64,000 bases of DNA from an uncultured Clostridium sp. (GTDB lineage: Bacteria > Bacillota > Clostridia > TANB77 > CAG-508). Location of the stretch: NCBI GenBank assembly GCA_948442365.1, contig CAOJRU010000005.1:12903-76902 (forward strand), given 5' to 3'. Shown here in pieces: positions 8,330 to 18,143 of the stretch (position 1 is the first letter of the stretch; each line of letters starts with the position of its first letter). The position numbers and the translations under genes are program-made. Under the pieces are notes generated by a model. The model saw only the letters and a program-made list of their open reading frames with translations, was not told where the DNA came from and searched no databases.

Positions 8330-10069
8330 TTACCTTTGAATATGAATATCTCTCAATTGTTCACGTTTTACTGTACTTGGAGCTCCCATCATTAAATCTT
8401 GTGCTTTACTATTTAGTGGAAAAGCTATTACTTCACGAATACTATTAGAGTCTGTTAAAAGCATAAGCATTCTATCAATTCCTGGAGCAATGCCAGCATG
8501 TGGTGGAGCCCCAAATTGAAAGGCTGTATATAAAGCACCAAATTTGGATTTTACTTCTTCTTCTGTATAACCAGCCATCGTAAAAGCTTTAAGCATAATT
8601 TCAATGGAGTGGTTTCTAACAGCTCCAGAAGAAAGCTCAATACCATTTACGACAAGGTCATATTGATAAGCTAAGATATCTAGTGGTTTTTCATTTTCTA
8701 ATGCTTCTAAGCCTCCTTGTGGCATAGAAAATGGGTTGTGACTAAAGGCTAATTTTCCTTGTTCATCTTCTTCAAACATTGGAAAGTCTATAATCCAAGC
8801 AAAAGCAAAAATGTTTTTATCGATTAAATCTAATCTTTTTCCTAGTTCTTCTCTAATCTGACCTGCTAATTCGGTTGCCCTTTTTGGATAATCAGCAATA
8901 AAGAAAATAGTGTCTTCTTTTTCTAAGTTAGCTGATTTTAACAATTCTTGTTTTAAATTATCTGGAATAAATTTATCAATTGGTCCTTTAAAGCTTAAAT
9001 CTTCTTGTACTTCTAAATAACCAAGACCGCTCATTCCAATATTCATAGCATATTGTAACATCTTTTCATGGAATCCTTTTGAAAGATGACCTTTTACACG
9101 AATAGCTCTTACTGTTTTATTGATAAATGGTTTAAAAGTACACTGATTGAAAAATTCAGATAAGTCAATGATAAAAAGAGGATTTCTTAAATCAGGCTTA
9201 TCAGTTCCATATTTTAGCATGGCTTCTTGATAAGAAATTCTTGGGAAAGGATAGGCTGGTATTTGCTTATTGGAAAATTCTTTAAAAGTATGATACATAA
9301 CTGGTTCAATGGCAGAGAAGACATCTTCTTGGGTAGCATATGCCATTTCCATGTCTAATTGATAGAATTCTCCAGGGGCTCTGTCAGCTCTTGCATCTTC
9401 ATCACGGAAACAAGGAGCAATTTGAAAGTATTTGTCAATGCCAGAGACCATTAGCAGTTGTTTAAATTGTTGAGGGGCTTGTGGAAGGGCATAGAATTTA
9501 CCAGCGTGTAGTCTACTAGGAACGAGATAATCTCTAGCACCTTCAGGCGAAGAACTGGTTAAAATTGGTGTTTGTACTTCTAAAAATCCTTGTTCTATCA
9601 TTTGACTTCTTAAAAATTGAAGCACTTTAGCTCTTAACATTAAATTATTTTTTAGTGGATCACTTCTTAAATCTAGAAAACGATATTGCAATCTTAAATC
9701 TTCTCTTATTTCTTGATTGGCATTAATTTCAAATGGTAAATTTTTAGTTCTTTTTCCTAAAATCGTAATTTCTTCGATACAAATTTCAACTAACCCAGTT
9801 TTTAGTTTGGGATTGATGGTTTCTTCCCCTCTTTTTTTTACTTCTCCATAAATGCTGACAGAAGATTCTAAGGGGATGTGGGAAGCAAAATCAACGTTTT
9901 CTTCCTTTCCAGAGGTTACCACTTGAGTGATACCATACATATCTCGAATGTCTAAGAAAACAAGTCCTCCAAAGTCACGAATGGTTTGAACAAATCCAGC
10001 AATTCTGACTTTTTTCCCAACATCATCTAAACTAATTTCGTTACAAGTACAAGTTCGATACTCTTTCAT
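8330..10069 (-). CDS. aspS: aspartate--tRNA ligase (bacterial type)
   Basis: Class II aaRS motifs (FRDEDARADRAPEFYQLD-like, GGLEAL, GIDRMLML), ~580 aa. ATG at 10069 is preferred over GTG at 10078 because of RBS spacing. Confidence 0.93.
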   Translation of the reverse strand: MKEYRTCTCNEISLDDVGKKVRIAGFVQTIRDFGGLVFLDIRDMYGITQVVTSGKEENVDFASHIPLESSVSIYGEVKKRGEETINPKLKTGLVEICIEEITILGKRTKNLPFEINANQEIREDLRLQYRFLDLRSDPLKNNLMLRAKVLQFLRSQMIEQGFLEVQTPILTSSSPEGARDYLVPSRLHAGKFYALPQAPQQFKQLLMVSGIDKYFQIAPCFRDEDARADRAPGEFYQLDMEMAYATQEDVFSAIEPVMYHTFKEFSNKQIPAYPFPRISYQEAMLKYGTDKPDLRNPLFIIDLSEFFNQCTFKPFINKTVRAIRVKGHLSKGFHEKMLQYAMNIGMSGLGYLEVQEDLSFKGPIDKFIPDNLKQELLKSANLEKEDTIFFIADYPKRATELAGQIREELGKRLDLIDKNIFAFAWIIDFPMFEEDEQGKLAFSHNPFSMPQGGLEALENEKPLDILAYQYDLVVNGIELSSGAVRNHSIEIMLKAFTMAGYTEEEVKSKFGALYTAFQFGAPPHAGIAPGIDRMLMLLTDSNSIREVIAFPLNSKAQDLMMGAPSTVKREQLRDIHIQR

Positions 10070-10204
10070 TTTTATCACATTCCTTTCTTTTTTGTATAAA
10101 TTTAATTTAAAAAAGAATTGTTATTTAACTAGACGCACGAGCTTTCAATTTATGAGGTGTACTTTGATTAATTGAAAGTGAGGTGCACAACGTCAAATGA
10201 TAAT

Positions 10205-10440
10205 TATTTTTCAAATTTAGGTAACAAAAAACGCCCACTGCTAATGCAGGGACGAAATAATCTTTTCCGCGTTGCCACCCAGCTTGAAAATTAGTTGAAC
10301 CTAATTTTCCACTTAATTAAAAATTACTCCAATGTGTTTCGCTTATTTAGGTTGACCTTAAAGGGCTTACAGCCGGTGACCCTTATTCTCTTTTAAGTTA
10401 CTTCTAAAGGCTTTCATTGTACAGACGCAATATATTTTTT
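10205..10440 (-). promoter_or_regulatory. T-box leader (tRNA-sensing riboswitch) upstream of aspS
   Basis: The minus strand reads AGAGA box, a distal stem, then the conserved T-box sequence AGCTGGGTGGCAACGCG (complement of 10268-10285). A terminator hairpin CGTCCCTGCATTAGCAGTGGGCG plus TTTTTT follows (complement of 10225-10253). I could not assign the specifier codon confidently. Confidence 0.8.
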
Positions 10441-10589
10441 ATTTTGATAACTATTTTACACAGTATTTGCAAATTTGTCAAGCTTTATACAAAAATAATT
10501 ATAGTTAAATAAAAAATATTGAAAAAATTTTTGGTATCTAGTATAATCAAAGAAAAGCAATAAGGAAACAAGGAGGAATCAGATTAAAA

Positions 10590-11102
10590 ATGGGAGAAAT
10601 TAATGTACTAATTAACAAAGCAAAACTAGAGAGAAGAATAGAAGAAATGGCAAAACAAATTCAAAAAGACTATGAAGGAAAAGAAATTGTATTTATAGGA
10701 ATTTTAAAAGGATCTGTTATATTTATGACGCAACTTGCTAAAAATATAAAAAGTAGTGTGGCACTTGATTTTATGGATGTATCTAGCTATGAAGGAACAG
10801 AAAGTACAGGGAACATCAAGATTAATAAAGATATTAGAGATTCTATTGAAGGAAAAGATGTTATAATTGTGGAAGATATTATTGATACAGGAAGAACATT
10901 AACCTATGTAAGGGAGCATCTAAAACAAAAAAATCCAAATAGTATCAAAATAGCAACCATGTTATCAAAACCATCCAGAAGAGTAATGGAATTAGAGGTG
11001 GATTATATTGGTTTTGCCATTGAAGATAAATTTGTAGTAGGTTATGGTTTAGATTATAACGAAAAACATAGAAATTTGCCATACATTGGTTATATAGAAT
11101 AA
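10590..11102 (+). CDS. hpt: hypoxanthine phosphoribosyltransferase
   Basis: PRPP-binding motif VIIVEDIIDTGRTL and VGYGLDY, 170 aa. Confidence 0.92.
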   Translation: MGEINVLINKAKLERRIEEMAKQIQKDYEGKEIVFIGILKGSVIFMTQLAKNIKSSVALDFMDVSSYEGTESTGNIKINKDIRDSIEGKDVIIVEDIIDTGRTLTYVREHLKQKNPNSIKIATMLSKPSRRVMELEVDYIGFAIEDKFVVGYGLDYNEKHRNLPYIGYIE

Positions 11103-11141
11103 ATTTATTAGTTAGCGTAATAGAAGTTAAAGGGAGTAAAG

Positions 11142-12995
11142 ATGTTCAACATTGAAGAGGAACTAAAAAAATTGCCAAATAAACCGGGCGTATATGTTAT
11201 GAGAGACAAAGAAGATAACATTATCTATGTAGGAAAGGCAATATCGTTAAAAAACAGAGTAAGGCAATATTTTAGAAAAAATGATAAAACAGCAAGAATT
11301 GAAAAAATGGTCAGCTTAATTGACCATTTTGAATATATTGTAGTAGATAATGAAGCAGAGGCATTAATTTTGGAATGTAATTTGATTAAGAAAAACAGGC
11401 CCAAATTTAATGTCTTATTAAAAGATGATAAAACCTATCCTTATATCAAAATTGATTTAGCTTCTGATTATCCAGGTGTATTTATTACAAGAAGAATTGT
11501 AAATGATGGTTCAAAATATTTTGGACCATATGCTAATCCAGGAGCCGCCAAAGAGATGGTTAATTTTATTAAAGAAAAGTATAAAATCCGTCAGTGTAAA
11601 ACATTAAAAGAAAGAACCAGACCATGTTTGAATTATCACATTAATAAATGTTTAGCTCCTTGTATGAAATATGTGTCAAAAGAAGAATACCGTAAGCAAA
11701 TAGATGAAATTATGGATTTATTAGAAGGAAAAACAGATAAGTTACGCAAAGAATTAGAAGAACAAATGAAAGAAGCATCTGAAAAATTAGATTTTGAAAA
11801 AGCGGCGTATATTAGAGATAAACTACAAGCAATCGAGCGTGTATCAGCCAAACAAAAAGTATCGAATCTATCAGAAAATAACATTGATGTTATAGGAATT
11901 GCGAAATCAGACTTAGAAATTTGTATTGAGATATTCTTTGTGAGAGGTAGCAAAATGATAGGGAGAGAGCATTATTTCTATGCAGATTTAAAAGATATGG
12001 AAGATACGGAAATATTGGCAGGATTTATCAAACAATATTATTTGGAGAATCCTAATATTCCAAATAAAATTATGATAAAAGAAGAAATAGAAGATAAAGA
12101 GACCATAGAAAAATGGTTATCCACAGCATTAGGTAAAAAAGTGGAAATCAAAACACCAAAAAAAGGTGAAAAACTACGTTTTGTCGAGATGGCAGAGAAT
12201 AATGCAAAGGTGACATTAGACAATAAAGAAAAAGATAAAAGCGAAATATTGATGGAATTGAAAAAAGTATTACAATTAGATAAATTACCAAGAAAAATTG
12301 AAACTTATGATATATCCAATATCTCGGGAGAATATACAGTAGCGGGAATGTGCGTTATGCAAGATGGGGTGATAAAGAAAAATTTGTCCAGAAGATTTAA
12401 AATAAAAACTGTGTTGGGACAAGATGACCCAAGATGTATGGAGGAAGTCATTATAAGAAGATTAAAGCATTCGATAGAAAATCCAAAAGGCGGATTTGGA
12501 GAACTTCCAGATGTCATTTTTGCAGATGGTGGTATTACACAAATTAGAGCGGTTCAAAGTGCCATCGAAAAAGTGAATCATGATTTGGAAAATGATTTTG
12601 AGAACGAAGGAAAAAATCAGGACTTAGAAGAAGAGTTAGAAAAACAAAAGATTGCGATTAAAGTTTTTGGAATGGTTAAAAATGATAAGCACCAAACCAG
12701 AGCTTTGATGAATGACAGTAGAGAGGAATTAAAAATATCACAAAATTTAATGAATTTGATTACAAAATTTCAAGATACAGTACATGATACGGCAATTACT
12801 TATCATAGAAAACTAAGAGATAAAGAAATGACAAAATCAGAATTAGACGAAATTAGTGGCATTGGTGAAGTAAAGAAAAAGGCTTTATTAAAACATTTTG
12901 GCAGTGTAGAAAAAATAAAACGATCTACAATAGAAGAACTAATGCAAGTAAAAGGCATAAGCAAGGAGATTGCGGAAAAGATTTTGGGAAGCTAA
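11142..12995 (+). CDS. uvrC: excinuclease ABC subunit C
   Basis: GIY-YIG N-terminus (PGVYVMRDKEDNIIYVGKA...RVRQYF), UVR domain (FEKAAYIRDKLQAIE) and C-terminal HhH, 617 aa. Confidence 0.95.
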   Translation: MFNIEEELKKLPNKPGVYVMRDKEDNIIYVGKAISLKNRVRQYFRKNDKTARIEKMVSLIDHFEYIVVDNEAEALILECNLIKKNRPKFNVLLKDDKTYPYIKIDLASDYPGVFITRRIVNDGSKYFGPYANPGAAKEMVNFIKEKYKIRQCKTLKERTRPCLNYHINKCLAPCMKYVSKEEYRKQIDEIMDLLEGKTDKLRKELEEQMKEASEKLDFEKAAYIRDKLQAIERVSAKQKVSNLSENNIDVIGIAKSDLEICIEIFFVRGSKMIGREHYFYADLKDMEDTEILAGFIKQYYLENPNIPNKIMIKEEIEDKETIEKWLSTALGKKVEIKTPKKGEKLRFVEMAENNAKVTLDNKEKDKSEILMELKKVLQLDKLPRKIETYDISNISGEYTVAGMCVMQDGVIKKNLSRRFKIKTVLGQDDPRCMEEVIIRRLKHSIENPKGGFGELPDVIFADGGITQIRAVQSAIEKVNHDLENDFENEGKNQDLEEELEKQKIAIKVFGMVKNDKHQTRALMNDSREELKISQNLMNLITKFQDTVHDTAITYHRKLRDKEMTKSELDEISGIGEVKKKALLKHFGSVEKIKRSTIEELMQVKGISKEIAEKILGS

Positions 12996-13067
12996 TTTAG
13001 TTATTTTAGTAGGATAGGAAATTCAAAGGACTTTCCTATGATAGAACAAATGGGAAATCTATAAAAA

Positions 13068-13094
13068 GTAGGAGGTTTTACCCTCCCTTTTTTG
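13068..13094 (+). terminator. possible intrinsic terminator after uvrC
   Basis: GGAGG-ttttac-CCTCC followed by a T run. The stem is short. Confidence 0.4.
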
Positions 13095-13202
13095 CTGTAA
13101 TATAACATATATTCATAAAATTAACAAGTTTAAAAAATTAGGAATATTTAAAAAAGTCTTGCATATACATATAAGGAAAAATATAAAGGGGGAAATGTTT
13201 AT

Positions 13203-13412
13203 ATGGAATATGCAAAAGACGAAATTTTTCAAATTAGATATCATACTAAATTAAATAGGTTAGAGATAAAGGAGGAAAATTGGACAAGCAGGTTATACAA
13301 AAAAATTAAAAGACATAAATTATTGACGACTACTATGATTGCTTTTTTTATGTTTGCTATTATTAATTTAGTTATGATTGTTAGTTTCATGAGAATTTTA
13401 CAAAATATTTGA
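13203..13412 (+). CDS. small membrane protein, hypothetical
   Basis: 69-aa ORF with an AAGGGGGAAA RBS and one C-terminal TM segment. Confidence 0.45.
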   Translation: MEYAKDEIFQIRYHTKLNRLEIKEENWTSRLYKKIKRHKLLTTTMIAFFMFAIINLVMIVSFMRILQNI

Positions 13413-13613
13413 AATTAGAACAAAAATACAATATAATATGTGCTAATGAAGGGAGAACAAGCAGAAATAGAATTAAATCAATTTTTAAAAAATTTATAAT
13501 CTAACAATTTCAATCAAAATAAAAAATATCTTGGAAAAATCAATAAAATATGGTAAAATAATACTATTCTAAATAAAAGGGAGGAATAGTAGTTATTTAA
13601 GCTACAAAAAAAT

Positions 13614-14486
13614 ATGAAAATAGCAAATGAATGGAAAGAATATAAAATATTAGATATGGCAGACGGACAAAAACTAGAAAAATGGGGCGAAGTAGTATTA
13701 GCCAGACCAGACCCACAGATTATATGGAAAGACAAGAGTTTTCCAAATAAATGGAAAGAAATCAATGCGACATACCATAGAAGTAAAACAGGTGGAGGCT
13801 CTTGGGAATTTAAGAAAACAATGCCAAAAGCATGGCAAGTACATTATAAAAATTTGACTTTTAATATTAAACCAATGGGATTCAAGCATACAGGACTTTT
13901 TCCAGAGCAAGCTGTTAATTGGGATTGGATGATAAACAAAATAAAATCTGCTAAAAGGGAAATCAAAGTTTTAAATTTATTTGCTTATACAGGAGGTGCT
14001 ACGGTGGCTTGTCTATCAGCGGGAGCATCTGTGTGTCATGTCGATAGTTCTAAGGGAATGACAACATGGGCTAAGGAAAATGTAACATCTTCTAGATTAC
14101 AAGATAAGCCAGTTCGATTTATCATTGATGATGTAGTAAAATTTGTAAATCGAGAAATCAGAAGAGGAAATAAGTATGATGCTATTATAATGGATCCACC
14201 ATCTTATGGTAGAGGGGCAAAAGGAGAAGTTTGGCAATTTGAAAATAATATTTATGATTTAGTAGAATTGTGTTCACAAGTATTATCTACTAATCCATTA
14301 TTTTTTTTAATCAATTCTTATACAACGGGAATATCTAGTATGGTACTACAAAATATCTTAAAAGTAACAGTAGACAAGAAATATAAAGGGAAATTAGAAT
14401 GTGGAGAAATAGGACTTCCTATGGAAAATGCGAACCTAGTTTTACCTTGTGGAATTTACGGAAGATGGGAAAAGCTTGAAAAATAA
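13614..14486 (+). CDS. class I SAM-dependent (rRNA large-subunit type) methyltransferase
   Basis: LNLFAYTGGATVA (motif I) and IIMDPPSYG (motif IV) are typical of RlmI/RlmK-like methyltransferases. Confidence 0.8.
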   Translation: MKIANEWKEYKILDMADGQKLEKWGEVVLARPDPQIIWKDKSFPNKWKEINATYHRSKTGGGSWEFKKTMPKAWQVHYKNLTFNIKPMGFKHTGLFPEQAVNWDWMINKIKSAKREIKVLNLFAYTGGATVACLSAGASVCHVDSSKGMTTWAKENVTSSRLQDKPVRFIIDDVVKFVNREIRRGNKYDAIIMDPPSYGRGAKGEVWQFENNIYDLVELCSQVLSTNPLFFLINSYTTGISSMVLQNILKVTVDKKYKGKLECGEIGLPMENANLVLPCGIYGRWEKLEK

Positions 14487-14508
14487 TGAGGCTAGGGAGG
14501 AATCAATC

Positions 14509-15189
14509 ATGGAAAACTTAAAAATTTTATTTGAAGATAATCATATAATAGTAGTAGAAAAGAAACCAAATATTCCATCCCAAGCAGATAAAACAGAAGA
14601 CATTGATATGCTAACCATTGTGAAACAATATATCAAAGAAAAATATAATAAACCTGGAAATGTATATCTTGGCTTAGTTCATAGATTAGATAGACCAGTT
14701 GGAGGAATTATGATTTTTGCTAAAACTTCAAAAGCCGCATCCAGATTAAGTGATGAAGTAAGGCAAAAAGTTTTTAAGAAAAAATATTTAGCTGTCGTTG
14801 ATGGAAAAATACTTCCAGCACAGGGAACTTTACAAGATTATCTATATAAAGATGAAAGACACAATATGAGTAAGGTGGTAAGCAAAGATAAGAAAAATGC
14901 TAAATTAGCAAAGTTAGATTATAAAGTCTTAAAATATAATCCAGTGAAAAATTTAAGTTTGGTAGAAGTTAATTTGCATACAGGGAGACATCATCAAATA
15001 AGGGTGCAATTGTCTCATTTTGGACATAGTATTTTTGGAGATCAAAAATATGGAGCAAGAGGACAAGGAAAACAGATTGCTTTATGGGCTTATCAACTTA
15101 CCATTCAACATCCAATTACGAAAGAAGAAATAACATTTGAGGATTTACCAGCTTCAATAGGGACTTGGTGTATTTTGAAAGAAAAATAA
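14509..15189 (+). CDS. RluA-family pseudouridine synthase
   Basis: Catalytic HRLDRPVGGIMIFAKT and HTGRHHQIRVQL motifs. ATG at 14509 lies 8 nt after GGGAGG. Confidence 0.88.
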   Translation: MENLKILFEDNHIIVVEKKPNIPSQADKTEDIDMLTIVKQYIKEKYNKPGNVYLGLVHRLDRPVGGIMIFAKTSKAASRLSDEVRQKVFKKKYLAVVDGKILPAQGTLQDYLYKDERHNMSKVVSKDKKNAKLAKLDYKVLKYNPVKNLSLVEVNLHTGRHHQIRVQLSHFGHSIFGDQKYGARGQGKQIALWAYQLTIQHPITKEEITFEDLPASIGTWCILKEK

Positions 15190-15346
15190 AATTGTTAAAG
15201 AGATTAGGGGATTTATAGGTAATCCATAGTAGCATGAATAAAATTCAAATGTTTTCTAGAAAATTTTAAAAAGTATTTGCATTTTGGAAAAAACTGTGTT
15301 ACAATATCGTAGTATCAAAAGAGAGAAACCATAGGGAGGAAAATAA

Positions 15347-15595
15347 ATGGAAATAGCAAAAGGAATACTAATTGTAATTTATTTTATGGTAGCACTGGCA
15401 TTAATCATATTAACATTAATACAATCAAAAGAGGATGCAGGCTTATCATCTACCATAACTGGTTCATCAACCAATAACTTTTTTGAAAAAAATAAAGGAA
15501 GAACAAAAGAGGGAAAACAAAAAAGATGGACAATTATATTAGCAGTAGTATTTGCAATATTGACAATAGCATTAGGAATTGTATATATGGCATAG
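15347..15595 (+). CDS. secG: preprotein translocase subunit SecG
   Basis: 82 aa with two TM segments flanking a Gly/Ser/Thr-rich loop, immediately upstream of rnr as in many Firmicutes. Confidence 0.8.
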   Translation: MEIAKGILIVIYFMVALALIILTLIQSKEDAGLSSTITGSSTNNFFEKNKGRTKEGKQKRWTIILAVVFAILTIALGIVYMA

Positions 15596-15647
15596 AAAAA
15601 TAGTAAAAAGGGCGGTTTTATCTAAAACTTGCTCTTTTTTGGAAGTA

Positions 15648-15711
15648 GTTGCCATTTAAACCCAGAACCATTAGCAAGTTGTTGAAAAACAAACCTGGAA
15701 CCATTGGTAAT
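15648..15711. repeat. two tandem M2-type palindromic repeat units
   Basis: GTTGCCATTTAAACCCAGAACCATTAGCAAG followed by TTGTTGAAAAACAAACCTGGAACCATTGGTAAT. Both are related to the units at 31014, 33145, 33420 and 52654. Confidence 0.7.
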
Positions 15712-15743
15712 CTGTCCCTTAAGATGAGAAAGGAATTAAAAGA

Positions 15744-17861
15744 ATGGAAGAACAAGAACAGAAAATCTTAGAATTCATGAAAGATAAAGACTATGTACCC
15801 ATGAAAGCAAAAGAAATAGCCATGCTCATGCGAGTACCAAAGAAAGAATATAGTAACTTTTTAGAAGTATTGGGTAACTTAGAATTAAATTTTAAAATAC
15901 AAAAAAATAGAAAAAGTAAATATCGATTAGTAGAAAAAACTTATTATGATGGAATCTATAGAAAGAATCAAAAAGGATTTGGATTTGTAAGATTAGAAGA
16001 ACGTGAAGATGAGATATATATAGCAAAAGAAAATTCATTAGATGCCTTAAATGGAGATAGAGTATTAATAGAAATTATGGAGGAAGAAAACAAGGTAAAA
16101 AGTGCAGAAGCAAAAGTAGTAAAGATTTTAAAGCACGAAAAAGATACTATAGTAGGAATCCTTCAAAACAATAAAAATTTTGGTTTTGTTATACCAGATG
16201 ACAGGAATTTTGGAACGGATATTTTCATATCGAAAAAAGATATGGGAAAAGCAAGAAGTAATCATAAAGTTTTAGTAAAAATAACAAAATATCCTGAAAA
16301 GGGAAAAAAAGCAGAAGGGAAAATTATAGAAGTATTGGGAAATGTCAATGAAGCAGGAGTCGACATGCTATCTCTTATTAAAGAGCATAATTTGCCATCC
16401 ACTTTTCCAGAGCCTGTTGTACAAGAAGCAAAACACTTTCAAAATAAAGTAGATAAAAAAGACATTCCCCACAGAGTAGATTTTAGGGAGGAAGAAATTT
16501 TTACGATTGATGGAGAAGATGCCAAAGATTTAGATGACGCTGTTCGTGTAGAAAAACTAGAGAACGGAAATTATCGATTAGAAGTACACATAGCAGATGT
16601 AAGTTACTATGTAAGAGAAAACAGTCTATTAGACCAAGAAGCCTTAGTAAGAGGAACGAGTATTTACATGTTAGGAAGGGTCATTCCCATGCTTCCAAGA
16701 GAGCTTTCAAATGGGATTTGTAGCTTAAATGCTGGAGAGGATCGATTTACTTTGTCCTGTATTATGGAAGTAGATACAAAAGGAAATGTAGTATCTTCTG
16801 AAATTGTAAAAGGAATTATTAACGTAACCGAAAGAATGAGTTATACTGATGTACAAGCTATCATAGAAAATTCAAATGAGCAAACGATGAAAAGATATGC
16901 ACCATACGTATGTCATTTTAAATTAATGGAAGAACTAGCAAAAATACTAAAAAATAAAAGAATGGAGCAAGGATACCTAAACTTAGATATTCCAGAAAGC
17001 AAAATTGATTTAGATATGGATGGAAGAGTAACGAATATAGCTAAATATGAAACAACTTTTGCCCATGAAATCATAGAACAATTTATGCTAACAGCCAATG
17101 AAACGGTAGCAGAGAAATTTTTTTGGTTAGAAGCACCGTTTATTTATCGTGTGCATGAAGATCCAGATCTTGAAAAAATCCAAGAATTGAATAAGTTTTT
17201 ATTCAATTTTGGTATGAAAATAAAAGCCAACAAAGATAATATTTATCCGAAAGAATTTGCCAAAACATTAGAAGAAGTAAAAGGGAAAGAGGAAGAAAAG
17301 GTAGTATCTAATTTAGTATTAAGAACCCTAAAAGTAGCTAGATATGAAGCGGAAAACAAAGGACATTTTGGAATTGCTAGTAAATATTATTGTCACTTTA
17401 CCTCACCAATCAGAAGATATCCAGATTTATTTATCCATAGAGTGATTTCAAAGTATTTAGGGGATAATTATGTTGTTTCTGAAAAATGGATAGAGGAATA
17501 TAAGTTACAAGCAGAAGAAAGAGCGAAACAATCTTCAGAAAGAGAAAAAATAGCGACAAAAGTAGAAAGAGAAGCAGAAGACTTGAAAAAGGCAGAATAT
17601 ATGGAAGACAAAATAGGGAAAGAATATGAAGGAATTGTGTCATCTGTAACATCTTTTGGAATATTTGTAGAATTAGAAAATACAGTGGAAGGTCTGATTC
17701 GATTTGAAGATTTAGGCGATGAGTATTTTATTTATGATGAGGATAGAAAAAGATTAATTGGAGAAAGAACTAATGCTACGTATAAAATAGGAGATAAGGT
17801 TACCATACGAGTAAAAAAAGCAAGTAAACTGTTGCGACAGATTGATTTTGAATTAGTTTAA
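15744..17861 (+). CDS. rnr: ribonuclease R
   Basis: RNB-domain motifs (DGEDAKDLDDAV, HFTSPIRRYPDL) and a C-terminal S1 domain, 705 aa. Confidence 0.95.
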   Translation: MEEQEQKILEFMKDKDYVPMKAKEIAMLMRVPKKEYSNFLEVLGNLELNFKIQKNRKSKYRLVEKTYYDGIYRKNQKGFGFVRLEEREDEIYIAKENSLDALNGDRVLIEIMEEENKVKSAEAKVVKILKHEKDTIVGILQNNKNFGFVIPDDRNFGTDIFISKKDMGKARSNHKVLVKITKYPEKGKKAEGKIIEVLGNVNEAGVDMLSLIKEHNLPSTFPEPVVQEAKHFQNKVDKKDIPHRVDFREEEIFTIDGEDAKDLDDAVRVEKLENGNYRLEVHIADVSYYVRENSLLDQEALVRGTSIYMLGRVIPMLPRELSNGICSLNAGEDRFTLSCIMEVDTKGNVVSSEIVKGIINVTERMSYTDVQAIIENSNEQTMKRYAPYVCHFKLMEELAKILKNKRMEQGYLNLDIPESKIDLDMDGRVTNIAKYETTFAHEIIEQFMLTANETVAEKFFWLEAPFIYRVHEDPDLEKIQELNKFLFNFGMKIKANKDNIYPKEFAKTLEEVKGKEEEKVVSNLVLRTLKVARYEAENKGHFGIASKYYCHFTSPIRRYPDLFIHRVISKYLGDNYVVSEKWIEEYKLQAEERAKQSSEREKIATKVEREAEDLKKAEYMEDKIGKEYEGIVSSVTSFGIFVELENTVEGLIRFEDLGDEYFIYDEDRKRLIGERTNATYKIGDKVTIRVKKASKLLRQIDFELV

Positions 17862-17935
17862 TGTTGTATTAATATAAATATTATAAAAGAATGTAATTTC
17901 GGCATCTTCACTTTGACATCCAAAGGCAAACAATA

Positions 17936-18115
17936 TTAATACATCCAAACCATTACGTTAGAGAAGATAACGGCAATAACAGAAAAAGCAATTACAATAA
18001 TGCCACCAGTTTTATTTTGTATCGTATTTATTTCATATAAAGCATATCCAATAGCCTTTAGCAAAATATAAACACTAAGAATAAAGAATAATGCATGATA
18101 AACAAGATTTAACAA
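17936..18115 (-). CDS. possible small two-TM membrane protein (below the ORF-track length cutoff)
   Basis: TTG start 6 nt after GGAGGA. The ~59 codons encode MLNLVYHALFFILSVYILLKAIGYALYEINTIQNKTGGIIVIAFSVIAVIFSNVMVWMY. I recognise no homology. Confidence 0.3.
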   Translation of the reverse strand: MLNLVYHALFFILSVYILLKAIGYALYEINTIQNKTGGIIVIAFSVIAVIFSNVMVWMY

Positions 18116-18143
18116 AGCAATTCCTCCATTTTCTAATTTCTAT

